64,000 bases of DNA from Eledone cirrhosa (lineage: Eukaryota), in assembly GCA_964016885.1 (NCBI GenBank), contig OZ024740.1:342612001-342676000 (forward strand). Reading direction: 5' to 3'. Position numbers and translations under genes: made by a program. Below the pieces are notes generated by a model. That model was not told the origin of the DNA, did no database searches, and was given only the letters and a program-made list of their open reading frames with translations. Positions 25,745-39,200 of the stretch are shown here, piece after piece. The first letter of the stretch is position 1; each line of letters opens with the position of its first letter.

Positions 25745-26272
25745 TATGCCAAGAGTATAATAGCTAGAATAAGGAGAGGATGGAAGAAGTTTAGAGAACT
25801 ACCCACACTGTTGACAGAAAACAAAAGGTTTCTCCCTACATACAAAAGGAAGGCTGATGCCTGTGTGCAGATTTCAATGCTGGATGGTAGTGAAACATGG
25901 GCTGTGACTGCAGAGGACATGCGTAGACTGGAGAAAAATGAAGCAACCATGCTTCGTTTGATGTGCGTTGTGAGAGAAAGGCAGAGGTTGGACGAGCTGA
26001 GGGGGAAGCTGGGTTTAAGAGGAATCCGAGGTTGTGTGCAGGAGAGAAGACTGTGTTGGTGTGGAAATGTGATGCACATGGACAATAACCGATGGGTGAA
26101 GAAATGCCAGGAAATTCCAGTGGAAGGAAGCCACAGTAGAGGTCGACCAAGAAAGACCTGGGCAGAGAAAATGATGTAGGAATGCAACAAGTGGAGAGAT
26201 GCCGTGCTGAGAAGGACTCATTCAACCCATGCAAGCCTGGAAAAGAGACCATAAAACGATGATGATGATGAT
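25745..26272 (+). mobile_element. RTE 3' fragment of a different subfamily, head-to-head with the previous copy
   Basis: GWKKFREL, GSETWA and RGRPRKTW motifs, (GAT)n tail. Confidence 0.9.
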
Positions 26273-26792
26273 ATATATATATCATTGATATATATCTACA
26301 CCCATATAAATTAAATGGTCGAGTTCAAAACTTCTAAATAACTTCATAATGACTAATGTTTTTGTTTGTTTTCGTAGTTGGTTTTTTTTTTTTTTTTTTG
26401 TTTGTTTCTTGGGGTTTTTTTTTCAAGAAAATTTATAGGTCTATCTTATAGGTGCACTATTTAATGATAATATTAAAATTTAATTATGTAATGACTATAA
26501 ATTTGTGATTACACATAAAATTACCTCCCTTGCCTGTGGAAAGTTCAAAACTTAATTCAATAGATAGAGATTCTAATAATTAACTTTTAACAATGGTGAT
26601 GACTTATAATGTTACAAGAAAATGTTAATTCAAAAGTTTACAGTATCTTTACCAATGGACAGTTCATTGTGAACTTTTGCATTGTTAGACTAAAGACATA
26701 AATTGTTAATGTGATACTGTTTTGTACTTCTAAAAGACTATATTTCTAATGCGGGTTCTTCTGGTACAGGATGTTATTAGTTAAAGTCCAAC

Positions 26793-26904
26793 CTTATTGA
26801 GTCACGCAGGAATTTTGTTTTGCTTATTAATATTCCATATTCAGACAACATTAAATAGTCTAGTCTGGGGCACATATGGCTAGATTTTTTTCTGTTCATC
26901 TTTT
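26793..26904 (-). CDS. RGSL1-like exon F: KMNRKKSSHMCPRLDYLMLSEYGILISKTKFLRDSI
   Basis: gtttgttttcag| ... AG|gttgga, 112 nt, phase 1-2. The only candidate I found that bridges exons E and G in frame. Donor is weak. Confidence 0.55.
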
Positions 26905-29474
26905 CTGAAAACAAACAAATAAATCAACAATAACTTCATTTCTATATATTAGGGCAGTGTCTTCTAATGTTAACATCATAACATTATAGACAACATAAGG
27001 GTAACCGTGAGGGTCACTGTATCTGTAACCAAATAGAATAGAATTCTAAAACACTAGGATTTATCTACAAACTATTTTTTTCAGTCTGTAGTTTTTGAGA
27101 CAATTGGAGGAATTGAACCATTCTTAATGACGTTCTAGTCATTGTTGGTGGCTCACCTTACTGAAATATCAAGTGATGCTCATAAGGGGGCTTGGATATT
27201 ACAGTGCCTTAGCATGTCTTCTCCTTTTAATTCTTTTGATTGTTGCTTTCTTTCTCTTTTTTATTCTTTTCTCTAATTACTTTTTCACTGCAAATTGATC
27301 ATCTTGTTTTAATTGATGTAAATAATTGTTTCTACTTTTTGCACAAGGCCAGCAATTTCCCAGTGCATTACTGGTACTTTATTTTATCGACCCCGTAAGG
27401 ATGAAAGGCAAAGTTAACCTCGGCGGGATTTGAACTTTGATGTAAATAATATCTCTGATTTAACAACGGAAACCAACCAATAAAAAAGTCAAATAGGATA
27501 TTACTTGAAACAAATCAATACCAATGTGTTCTCATCTTATATAAAACTTATATCAGCATTCCTCATTCATTTGTGGTACAACCTGTGTACTTGCATGAAG
27601 TCAATGTCCTACTAAGACTTGTATGGTCAGCCATACAGACCAGGGATGGGGAATCTGCAGACTTAAAGTTGCATGTTGCTCATAAGATTGGATTTTGTAT
27701 AAAATACATAGTATTTTATTTACTAGCAGAAAAACCACCCTTTGTGTGGTTTTCTGCTAGCATGTGTAGTGTGCATATTGATATTATACACAAATATATA
27801 TGCATGTAGATATGATACATCAAATAAAATCGTAATTGACAATATGCACCGAAATTGAAAAGAGACTGTGTTACACTATCTTCTGTAATCAGTAAAGTAA
27901 TCCATGATACGTTTAAAAAAGACAATATTATATATAAACTGCATTACGGTGAAATGTAATGAAAACGAAAAAAGAGAAAATTAGGGACGGAAATATAAAT
28001 GTTATGATATATGAACGTTTATATAAGCGATGTGATATAGCGTACGTTATATCATAACCGGAAGTATTGACATTTGAAAACTTTTAAAAAAGTGAATCTT
28101 AGAATAAGCAATCATTATATATAAGAATATTTATGTTTAATCACCAGCTACGAAATTTAGTACATAAATTATGTCATATTCATTATTTATTCAAAGTAAT
28201 CCAACTTATTTTATTAATGAGATAAAAAAATATATTCAGGACACAGTCCCGCACTCCTCCCTTTATTATATTGCGATTCATTGTGGATGCAGTGTAGTCA
28301 AATGGTTCAGAAGTATTCTCCACAACCATGAATTTCTGGGTTTGATCCCATGTGTAGCAACTTGGTCTAAATCTATCTTGAACCCAGAAGTTCATCAAAC
28401 CAGTGTTTATCCCAGTTTCTGTGGCATGAAACAAATGAGAGTACAAGACTTTCCCCTGGACAGGATGCCAGTCCATTGCAGGGCTAAATCCCCAGCTATT
28501 GCTGGTACTCGTTTTCAACTGAGTATACTGGAGCAATGTGAAATGAAGTGTTTTTCTCAAGAACACAACCCATAACCCAGTCCAGGAATTGAACCCACAA
28601 CATTATCATTGTAAGTGTTTTACTATTCTGTCAATACAGAAACTTTGACAATTGACAATGTGTAATTGCATATTAGTTATGAAATGATTTTACTGACATA
28701 AATCTTTTAATCTTTTACTAGTTTTGGTCATTAGACAACAGCCATACTGGGGCACTGCCTTGATTTAGTTGATCATATTAACCTCAGTACAAATTTTTTG
28801 AAGTCTGGTATTTATTTTATTAATCTCTGTTTTGTTAAACTGCTATGTTATGGGAAATAAACCCAGACACAAACATAGACATGGACACTCACACAGTCAT
28901 CATCACCGTTTAACATCTATTTTCCATGCTTGCATGAATAGACACATGGATAGACCCAAGAAGACCTGGGATGAGGTGATAAAAGCTGATCTTGTCCAAT
29001 TGCACCTCTCAAAGGCAATGACACAGGACCAAGACCTCTGGCGCTATGCAGCAATGCAGAAAACCCAACTTTGCATGGGCACATAGACAGTATGTACATA
29101 TAGGGGCTCCCACAAGACCACTGAGAGCAGTGTAAACTCTGAATGTCAGTGAGCATGTCCAGCTAACCTCAGTCTCCTCTTTGTCACTTTCAGTACAGTG
29201 TGTGACAAGGTGGCCCTTTAAATTACAGATAGATCTCATTTTTGGCAACTGAGTGGACTGGAACAACATGAAATAAAGTGTTTTGCTCAAAGACAAATGC
29301 ACTGTCAGGAATCAAATTCACAAACCTTACAATCATGAACCAAATATCTTAACCACTAAGCCACATGCTTTCATATCCTTAGTATAAATATACATAGAAG
29401 AGCCAAATATCAGGACTGTAGAAAAAAAAATCCCATTGTATGTAGTTGTCATAGAACTGTTTACATTGAGCAAC

Positions 29475-29687
29475 TTAACCCTTTTGTTGCCAATCCAGCC
29501 AAAACTGGTTCTGGTTGTATGAAATAAAATCACCCATTTTAAAAGTTTCCAGTTTATAAAGATCCTTACATAAAGTTACAATTTTAGTAATGAAATAATT
29601 GATAATTTTAGTAAATCTGTCAAAATTCTTCATTAATTAATTGAAATAGAGTGTATTTCATTAGGAATATGGTCTTGAAAGGGTTAA
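29475..29687. mobile_element. Second piggyBac-like MITE family; others near 6347, 17325, 17587, 18690 and 63000
   Basis: TTAA-CCCTTT / AAAGGG-TTAA ends with a different AT-rich body. Confidence 0.6.
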
Positions 29688-29729
29688 ATTATAACAAATT
29701 ATTAAAATGTTAATATAGAATTTACTAAC

Positions 29730-29870
29730 CTTCTTTTATTTCTGCAATATCTAATAATTGCTCCTCATATAAACAAGTTATATAACTGACAAGTAAATTA
29801 GTCACTTTAAATATTCTGATGTCAGCAACAAACAAGAATATTTTCCAAAGAACTTTATAGACATTGCTTC
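29730..29870 (-). CDS. RGSL1-like exon E: SNVYKVLWKIFLFVADIRIFKVTNLLVSYITCLYEEQLLDIAEIKE
   Basis: tttcctag| ... AAG|gttagt, 141 nt, phase 1-1, open in the required frame. Confidence 0.75.
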
Positions 29871-30000
29871 CTAGGAAATAAAATAAAGGTTGGGTATTGA
29901 AATAGAAAATTAGTAAGATAAAAGAGAAATTAGGATAATTAAGTGATTAACACTGAAAGATAAATACTTTGAAATATCAAAAAAATGACAGGAAATGTAT

Positions 30001-30198
30001 TTAACCCTTTAGCATTTAAACTGGCCATATCTGGCTCGAATTGTCTCACCTTTTTCGGTTCAAACCGGCTGTAACTGGCCACTCATACTAATATTAAGGT
30101 ATTGTTCTCAAAATAAATAACATCAAAATCTCATAGATTCGATATTATCTCATAGATACAATAGTATGTATTGAGTAATGTAAATGCCAAAGGGTTAA
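30001..30198. mobile_element. piggyBac-like MITE; other copies at 511-729, 14935-15163 and 18083-18295
   Basis: TTAA-CCCTTT...AAAGGG-TTAA termini and a shared ~200-bp body. Confidence 0.75.
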
Positions 30199-30951
30199 AT
30201 CTGTTATGTAATACAATCATAAACATTAGGTTGGATCATATGAGCAAGAGGTGGTCCCCCAACTAATCTGGAAGGGGAGTAACTCTGATTAAGTATTGAC
30301 TTAGGTATTGTTGACCCATCCAACTCCACTCCCAACTCCACCCAAAGCATCTAATAGGTTAAGGCAAGATATGAAAGGAAGGCCACCACGTCAGGTAATA
30401 GGCCTAGGTTAGATGTGAAATATAGCTCCTATTTCAAACAGTGTTTAATACATATGGCCTATATGGGTTACAGATATGTAGCGTACAAGATATATTTACA
30501 CATGTAATGTGCAATATATAATTACAAGAGAACAATAAAAGAACTAATACTTGAGCAGAGTAACCTTCCTTGGTGCCAGGGTCAGCAGGCCAGAACACCT
30601 AACCCTGACACCCAATCTAATATAAATACTAAAATCTAATTGTAACATTTTAATTTATCCTAATTCAATTATAATACCCCATGCTTTAATATCAACATCA
30701 TGTGTGGTAATGACACTGATGTCTACGCAGTCCATCATCATCAGTTTTACATCCATTTGTCTTTTACTATGCTGGTATGGGTTAGATGAAAGTTTTTGAG
30801 GCAGAATTTTACAGTCAGATGGCCTTTCTGACACCTAAATTTACTTTTCTTTCTAGATTTAAGGTGTGGATCTTCGTACATTGAACTGCTATATATATAT
30901 ATAAATACATATAATATATATATACATATGCATACACATATATATATATAT

Positions 30952-31920
30952 ATCAGCAGTGGTGGAGGGTGTTCTGAAAGTACAGTAGCCAGAGTCAGAA
31001 TGGGATGGAAAAAGGTTCAGAGAGCTTATACCGCTGTTGGCCACAAGAGGTTTCTCTCTAAAAATGAAAGGCAGATTGTATGATGCCTGTATACGAACAG
31101 CAATACTATATAGCAATGAGACATGGGCATTACGTGCAGAGGACCTGCGCAGACCGGAAAGGAACGAAGCATGCATGCTTCGTTGGATGTGTAATAGTAA
31201 TATACGTGAACGGCAAAGCATAAATGAACTAAGTGAGAAATTAGGAATAAGAGGGATCAGATGCTGTTTACTTGAAAGAAGACTACGTTGGTATGGCCAT
31301 GTGATGCGCATGAAAGACAACAGCTGTATAAAAAAGTGCAGGGCGATCAAAATTGATGGTAGTTACAGAGTAGGTAGACCCAGAAAAATCTGGGACGATC
31401 TGATAAATTCCGACCTTACACACTTGCACCTCTCTAAGACAATGTCATGGACCGAGATCTTTGGCGCTATGCAGTAATACAGAAGACCCGCTTTGCCTAT
31501 GTACAAAGCAAAACCTACAGTCAGTAGGTACCTCTTAACCAAATATACACCCCAATCCACTACCCCTACCCTATCCTCCCACTCCCACCAACACCACCCT
31601 CTCTCTGTAACGTTGGTACCACAACATCCAGTCCAAATAAATGAGATAATGAGATCGAGATCGTGTAGGTGTCACGACAAAAAAAACACCGTCCACGCTG
31701 TAATGTGGCCGTGTAGGTAACACGGTAAAAAGTTCCCAGTTCCACACTGTAAATGTGGTTGGTGTTAGGAAGGGCATCCAGCCGTAGAAAACCTGCGAGA
31801 TAGTCCTACATGAGCGAGACACGGTCATCCGACCAACCTTGCCTCAAGTGGGACAACTCCCATCTAACCCATGCTAGCGTGGAAGTTGGACGTTAAACGA
31901 AGATGATGAGGATGATGATG
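30952..31920 (+). mobile_element. 5'-truncated RTE LINE
   Basis: ORF 31037-31477 (KGRLYDACIR, LRWYGHVMR), UTR repeats, tail. Confidence 0.92.
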
Positions 31921-32230
31921 GTTAGGGTATTTGGCTTACAATCATAAGGTTGTGAGTTCGATTCCCAGCGGCCCGTTGTGTCCTTGAGCAAGACACTTTA
32001 TTTCATGTCGCTCCAGTTCACTGAGCTGGCAAAAATGAGTTGTGCCTGTAGTTTGAATGGCCAGCCTTGTCACATTATGTGTCACACTGAATCTCCCAGA
32101 GAACTACATTAGGGGTACGCATGTCTGTGAAATGCTCAGCTACTTGCACGTTCATTTCACAAGCAGGCTGTTCTGTTGAATGGATCAACTGGAACACTCA
32201 TCGTCGTAACTGACGGAGTGCCTCAACAGC
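31918..32230 (+). mobile_element. Second tRNA-derived SINE family with a TCCTTGAGCAAGACAC core; related copies near 19340-19607, 28385, 29100, 32920, 58850 and 61985
   Basis: GGTTAG...GAGTTCGATTCC boxes followed by the conserved core. Confidence 0.75.
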
Positions 32231-33127
32231 ATATATATATATATAAGCTGGGTTAGCACTACCATTAGGCCAACTAGGCAGCCCCCTATAGCATACATCT
32301 CAGCATCCAACCCATGCAATCATGAAATAATGGCTGTAAGAATGATGATATATATATATATATGCCATTTCTCTAAAATGGGTGATAAACACACATGCTT
32401 TCTTCCTATGAAAACATTTTATTCCATTTCTTCCTTTTCTTACTCTTATCTATACTTCCATTTCTTCTTCCCATATTTATCTTGTACTGTATTGTTCTCC
32501 TGTGTTGTTTTTCCTTGTTGATTTTTCACATACGTATACTAAGGAAAAAGGGGACAACAAAATGGTCAAAATGAAACTCAACAACACAACACACTGAAAA
32601 TCCCAAATTACTGAAAGTCATAATGCTGGTAAAAACTGATATTACTTGCTGACAACCAAAACAACAAAACCACTTTCTTTCTCTTCCTTACTTTCAGATG
32701 ATGGACAAGGTCCCAAAATGTTAAATGATTTACTCCTTTCAGCAACTGAACTCATGAAACACTTCTATAAACTAATCGCTGCCAACACAGACTGTTACCA
32801 GTTTCCTCAAAAGTAGGATTTTACTGATATACTAAAGGTCAATGATTTTTCTCCATTAGTTTTTACATCCATTTTTCAATGCTGGCACAGGTTGGACAGA
32901 GTCACCAAGAGTCCATTACAAGATTAACCGCAACTGTCGCTGGTATTCATTTTGAGCTGTGTGCATGAGAGCAGCATTGAAATGCCTCGCTCAATGACAC
33001 AATACAGTCCTTAGTCTGAGGATCAAACCCACAAACTTATGATCATGAACCCTAGCCACAAAACTGCACACCTTCAATCTAATACAAAGGTCAATAAATC
33101 CTTTATGACAAATCTTAATTTACAAAC

Positions 33128-33228
33128 TTTTCTGCCTTTCTTTATGGTGGCTACATCTGAATTGCATTACTTGTGTCTTCATATAATATTCTGATTCAGA
33201 GTAAAAACTTTCTTCATATATCTTGAAC
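33128..33228 (-). CDS. RGSL1-like exon D: FKIYEESFYSESEYYMKTQVMQFRCSHHKERQK
   Basis: tttgatcag| ... |gtttgt, 101 nt, phase 2-1, completes the W codon split from exon C. Confidence 0.75.
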
Positions 33229-33423
33229 CTGATCAAACAGAAATGAATACTATAATTAGAGTTTCAGAAATTTAGAAACAATATTGATAGTAAATTAAAT
33301 TCTTATAAAAATAATTCTGTACTGAAACCTATCAATTTAATTAAAACTAAACATAAATCAAATTTAATCACACAACTAACTGTAGTAGAGCAACATACTT
33401 CAACATAGATTCACTAATCTTAC

Positions 33424-33541
33424 CAGTTTTCTTCTAGGGATTCAGAAACTACAGGACAGGCTGCTGCCAAGAATTCTGGAGTCACACATTCACTTGCAGT
33501 CAATAGGATGATTATTTTGGCTGAACACTGCAAAAGGTTCT
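33424..33541 (-). CDS. RGSL1-like exon C: ENLLQCSAKIIILLTASECVTPEFLAAACPVVSESLEENW
   Basis: attttacag| ... |gtaaga, 118 nt, phase 1-2. LLQC.A.II and SLEENW recall RGSL1-family sequence. Confidence 0.85.
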
Positions 33542-34705
33542 CTGTAAAATAATAACAAAAAAGATGTTAAATGATTTTGCATCACCCTTAACCTTTTTAA
33601 TACCAAATTGCCTGAAACTGCTCGATACAAAATTGTTTATTTTTAAGTGTTGATTTTGCTTTTCATCCTTCCGGGGTCAATGAATAAAGTAGCCATCAAA
33701 TATACACCAAAGTTGATTTAATCAACTTTGCCCTTCCCCAAAATTTGCTAGCCTTGTGCCAAAGTTAGAAATCAATATTTATCTAAAAATCTTGTGTCAT
33801 AATTACATTCTAGTACTCTTCTACAATTTTATCATGGCACCAGCACTTGGGAGTTTGCTATATTTTTGACACAACTGAAGAGACTTCTTGACTCTTTTTT
33901 GGCATGATTTCTACGGCAGGATTTCCTTCCTATCACCAACCACTTTACAAAGTGCACTGGGTGTGTTTTATCATGGCACAGCACTAGGGAGGTTACCATT
34001 CGATCACAAAATATTAGTTGGTAAGGCTATAGTAAAAGGCACTTGTTCAAAATATTTCACAATAGAATGGAACCCAAAGCCATGTAGTTGCAAACCAAAT
34101 TACTTAATTATACAACTATGTCAATATATTTTAAAATTTTCATGGCCGGATTACTAGAGAATAAAACCTTAACACTGAGTAGTGCCATCTAACAAGCAAG
34201 GTGAAGGATAGAGAACCTTTTTAGGCTGGAAGGCCACATAGAAATTAACTAACCTCACTAAACCTGTTATTTTACAAAATACAATTACAAATGTATGTAA
34301 AGAAATATAAGTTGGTTTTTCTACAAGTCATAATTTGTTGAATAGATGGACAACTAGCGGCTTCACAGCTTCTGCCCCACAATCAAAGACATCATTGATT
34401 ATTCAACCTGAATACATTTCTTTGATGACTGTATCTTCTGCTACCAGACACCTTATATCTATGATAATGACAAAAATTAATGACATGATAGTAAGAATTG
34501 TCATGCATATCAACTTATCTGAAAATATCATCAGTCAAAAATTAATATATCCCACAAAAGGTACTGTTTTTGTAGCTAATTCTGAACTCCCAAGACTAAT
34601 TAATGGATTCTGTTTTACTGAAATATCTATAAAAGATATATTATATATATATATATATATATCCTCATCATCATTGATTAACGCCTATCTTCCATGCTAG
34701 CATGG

Positions 34706-34752
<47 letters not shown>

Positions 34753-34780
34753 ATGTGTTTGTGTGTGTGTGTGTGTGTGT

Positions 34781-35327
34781 GTATAGAACTGTTTCTGGCA
34801 GGTTTTCTACAGCTGGATGCCCTTCCTAACGCCAACCACATTTACAGTGGAGACTCAGAGCCTTTTTACCGTGTCTCCTACACGACCACTTTATAGTGTG
34901 GACTGGGTGCTTTTTGTCGTGTCACCTACACAACCACTTTACAGTGTGTATTATATGTTTTTGTGGAACCAACATAACTCTACAGATAAAGGGTGGTGTG
35001 GATCGAAGTGGGAGGACGGAGTAGGGTGTGTGGAGTGGGGTGTATATTGGGTTAAGAGGTGCTTATTGACTGTAGGTTTAAGTTCGTATGTAAGGGAAGG
35101 TGGGTCTTCTGCATAGCGCCAAAGATCTCAATCCAGTGACATTGTCTTAGAGAGGTGTAAGTGAGCAAGGTCAGTTTTTATCACCTCGTCTCACGTTTTT
35201 CTGGGTCTGCCCACTCTGTAGCTTCACCTGACCAATCTTGCCTCAAGTGGGACAAACCCGTCCAACCCATACTAGTGTGGAAGATGGACGTTAAACGATG
35301 ATGATGATGATGATGATGATGATGATA
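34781..35327. mobile_element. RTE 3' insertion with 5' inversion
   Basis: 34781-35223 is antisense RTE 3' sequence and 35224-35327 is the sense terminal segment with a (GAT)n tail. Confidence 0.75.
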
Positions 35328-35480
35328 TGTATGTGTATATATATATATATATATATATGTATGCAAAAGGCAAACAGAAATAATAAAGCAAACGACACAG
35401 TACAATGAAGAAATATAGTATAGTTTTACACTTGATATAGTAGGAAAAGAGTCCTATATATATATATATATATATATATG

Positions 35481-36260
35481 TAGATATTGTTAAAACTGAA
35501 AAAAAAAAAAATTGTTATCATATTAGATTCTTCTAGAATCTAACTAATCTTTTCTTTCTCGGGAACTTTGTTCTGTCCATACCTTTTGGTGTTATTATTT
35601 ACTATCTCCTGGCGGTGAATTGGCAGTATCGGTAGAGGGTCAGACATACTTTCCAGCATAGTTACGTCCCTTTACGATCTGAGTTCAAATCCCGCCGAAG
35701 TTAACTTTGCCTTTCATCCTTACGGGGGTTGATAAAATAAAGTACCAGTAATGTACTGAGTAATTGCTGGCCTTGTGCCAAAAAATAGAAACAATTATTT
35801 ACTATCTCCAACATGCTTTAATATGCTCCCCCACCCCCTTCTCTCCGCAAATATAAAATAAACTTAACTTTACTGCCGAATTGTTGTTGAATCAGATATG
35901 TAAGCTCTTCAATTTTCTCATCTCTCCTTTCGTAGTCCATCTGGCTATCAATGTTTAAACTGGTCTATTGTCTCTCGGAATTATGTATTGTAGACATTGT
36001 TAGAATTTAAAACGAAAAAAAAAAATTTATCATATTAGTTAGACCCTTCTAGAATCTAATCTAATTTCTCTCTCGGGACTTTGTTCTGTCCATACCTACC
36101 TTTTTGTGTTATTATTTACTATCTCTCACACATTTCAATATGTTTAAATCTGATGGAACCTTCTAGAATCTAATCTTTTCTCTCTCGGAACTTCGTTCTG
36201 TCCATACCTTTTTCTGTTATTATTTACTATCTCCCACACGCTTTAATATGCTTACATCTC
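35481..36260 (+). repeat. Three diverged copies of an 80-130 bp unit
   Basis: TTCTAGAATCTAA...GTTCTGTCCATACC...GTTATTATTTACTATCTC near 35530, 36045 and 36160. Confidence 0.8.
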
Positions 36261-39200
36261 CTAAAGTTACCCATTTCACTGCCACCCACCCCCACACACC
36301 ACCATTGTTATTTGGTCCAATCAAAACTCAGCAGTTTATAGTCAAGTTTCTAGCATAAATCTCTATTGCAAAGCCACTGCCTCAGCTACTACTCCTTAAG
36401 TCTAGACCTGGTTGTTTTTTGGTATGCCAAATGGACTACAGAGTTGGAGAGTCTGAGCATTCAATGACAATGTCAAAGATAAAGGTAAATTCACCTCCTG
36501 CTGCCGGACGAGAATGCAAGCACTCCTCTTTATTTCAGACATGTTTGTTGTGTTCAAGAGACTAGGTGGGGGGTGGGTCTGCTAGATTCAGTGTGGTAAA
36601 AAATAACTTTTCTGGATGGGAAATGACAATGGGCTGGGTGGAGTAGGAATTATGTTAGCAGAAAAATGGGTAGATAAGGTAATTGCTGTAAACAGACTCA
36701 GTTCTAAATAGAATGACTGTGTCAATAATATCTACTTATGCACCCTAATCTGGCCTACCTGACGTTATAAAAGACAGGTTCTATGAGTTGCTAATGCTCA
36801 TTACCTCCCAAATAACTGACAGCGACTACACAATTATTGCTGGCGACCTTAATGGTCATGTTGGACAACATTGTGATGGCTATGACGGAATCCATGGAGG
36901 CTATGGGTTTGGTACTAGTCATGAGGAAGGCTTCAGGATCCTGGAATTCTGTGATGCTAATAACCTAACTATCTGTAACACAAACTTCAAAAAGTGAGAC
37001 AATCACTTGATCACCTATAGATCAGGGGAACACACCAGCCAGATAGATTATATCCTTACTAGAAGATGTGACTGAGTGACTGTTGCAAACACTAAGTCCC
37101 TCCCTCGAGAAGAATGCACCTCCCAACATAGCCTAATAGTTAGTGACCTCATAGTCAGGACTAGACGTACTTGACAACAGAGGACTATCTTGAGGAGAAG
37201 AATATGGACATTGAAAGACCCCAAAACCAATAACAAATTTAAGAGCATATTACTTGATGCTTTTGACAGTAAGGAAGAGCAATTAGAAACATACAATATA
37301 GAGAAACAGTGGGAATTCTTGAAAGTTAACCTGCTGAAGGTGACGGATGAAATCTTTAGCTGGAGCAGACCTTTAGGCAGGAGGAGAATAACTTGGTGGT
37401 GGAACAGTAAGGTGGAGGAGACAATCAAGGTCAAAAAGCAGGCTTGGAAAGTATGGCATGATGGGGGAAGTAGAGAACACTATTAGGTGGCTAGGAGAGA
37501 AGCTAGGTGACAAGTGTACTTTGCAAGAAGGTAAGCAGAGGATACAAAGTTCAAGCATGTTCTACAAAACAAGGACCAAACACGTGAAGTGTTCAGGATT
37601 GCAAGACAATGTGTCTAGGAAAACTGTGATATTGTCAAGGAGAAGTGTGTCCATAATGATGAGGTGTACTTGCCCTCACTGATACTGATAAGAAGGTAGC
37701 TTGGAAGCGTCACTACGAGAGACTACTAAATGAGGAGAATAAATGGGAAAAAGATAGTCTGCACCAAATGGATCCAATAGAGGGACCAGCTGTGCAAGTT
37801 AATGGTAGTATAATAAGTAAGGCAATCAAAGATATGAAGACAGGCAAGGCAGCTGGGCCTTCGGAGATAGTTGCTGAGATGTTGAAAGCATCTGGAATGG
37901 TGGGGACATACTATGGTCACCCGGATAGTAAACCAAGTAATACAGAATGGGGTCATACCAAATGACTGGCATAGCAGCATCATCGTTAACTGCTACAAGG
38001 GCAAGGAAGACACTCTACATAGAGGAAACTATTGAGGCATTAAGTTCGTTGACCAGGTCATGAAGGTCACAGAAAGAGTTATTGCACAACTAATTAGAGG
38101 CCAAATTGATCTAGATGAAATGCAGTTTGGGTTTGTGCCAGGTAAAAGTACCACAGATGCTCTTTTCCTTGTACGGCAACTACAGGAGAAGTAACTAGCT
38201 AAAAGTAAATCCCTCTACTTAGCTTTTGTTGACTTGAAGAAAGCCTTTGACAGAGTACCCCGCTCAATTATCTGGTGGACTCTTAGAAAACTAGGAGTAG
38301 ATGAATGGTTTGTGAGAGCTATACAAGCCATGTATAGAGAAACAGTCAGCAAGGTTAGAATTAACAATGAATATAGTGAAGAATTTAGAATAAAAGTAGG
38401 TGTTCATCAAGGCTCCATCCTTAGTCCCGTCCTGTTTATTATTGCCCTTCAGGCTATAGCAGAGGAGTTTAAGACTGGCTGCTCATGGGAACTTCTATAT
38501 GCAGATGATGTAACTCTTATAGCTGAATCTATGGCTGAACTAGAAAAGAAATTCCAAACAAGGAAGCATGGCCTAGAATCAAAAGGCCTTAAAGTTAACT
38601 TGTCTAAGACTAAAGTTCTAGTATGTAGAAAGGAAAATGACCATGTTCAGTATGTAGGAAAGGAGTAGGTAGAAATTCCATTCTATACCCCAAATGCAAA
38701 CTATGGGTACATAAAAGATGTAGTGGGATCACAGGCAAGCTATCTACGAATGTAGATTATGTATGTGGCAGATGCTCAGATGCAATAAGTAACAAGTGCC
38801 CACAGGATACTAGCTCCTTCTACTGCCCTGATGGTTCTATAGAAATAGTGGACACTCTCCGTTACCTGGGTGACAAAATCAGCAGGGGTGGAGAGTGCTC
38901 TTAAAGTACAGTAGCCAGAGTTAGAACGGGATGGAAAAAGTTCAGAGAGCTTATACCGCTGTTGGCCACAAAAGATTTCTCTCTAAAAATGAAAGGTAGA
39001 TTGTATGATGCTTGTATATGAACAGCAATGTTACATGGCAATGAGACATGGGCTTTGTGTGCAGAGGAACTGCGCAGATTGGAAAGGAATGAAGCATGCA
39101 TGCTCTGTTGCATGTATAATAGTAATATACATGAACAGCAAAACATAAACGGACTAAGTGAGAAATTAGGAATAAGAGGTATCAGATGCTGTTTACTTGA

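Noticed and set aside
27817-27938. Frame ending QLRFYL, resembling an RGS L.F motif
   Set aside because: Start phase is incompatible with exon E and the splice sites are weak. Exon F fits better.
34335-34700. 121-aa plus-strand ORF
   Set aside because: No recognisable motif or splice support, TTG start, ends in microsatellite and RTE tail.
35874-35959. Exon-like frame LNIDSQMDYERRDEKIEELTYLIQQQFG on the minus strand
   Set aside because: Purine-rich acceptor, and its phases cannot fit between exons B and C, which already join in frame.
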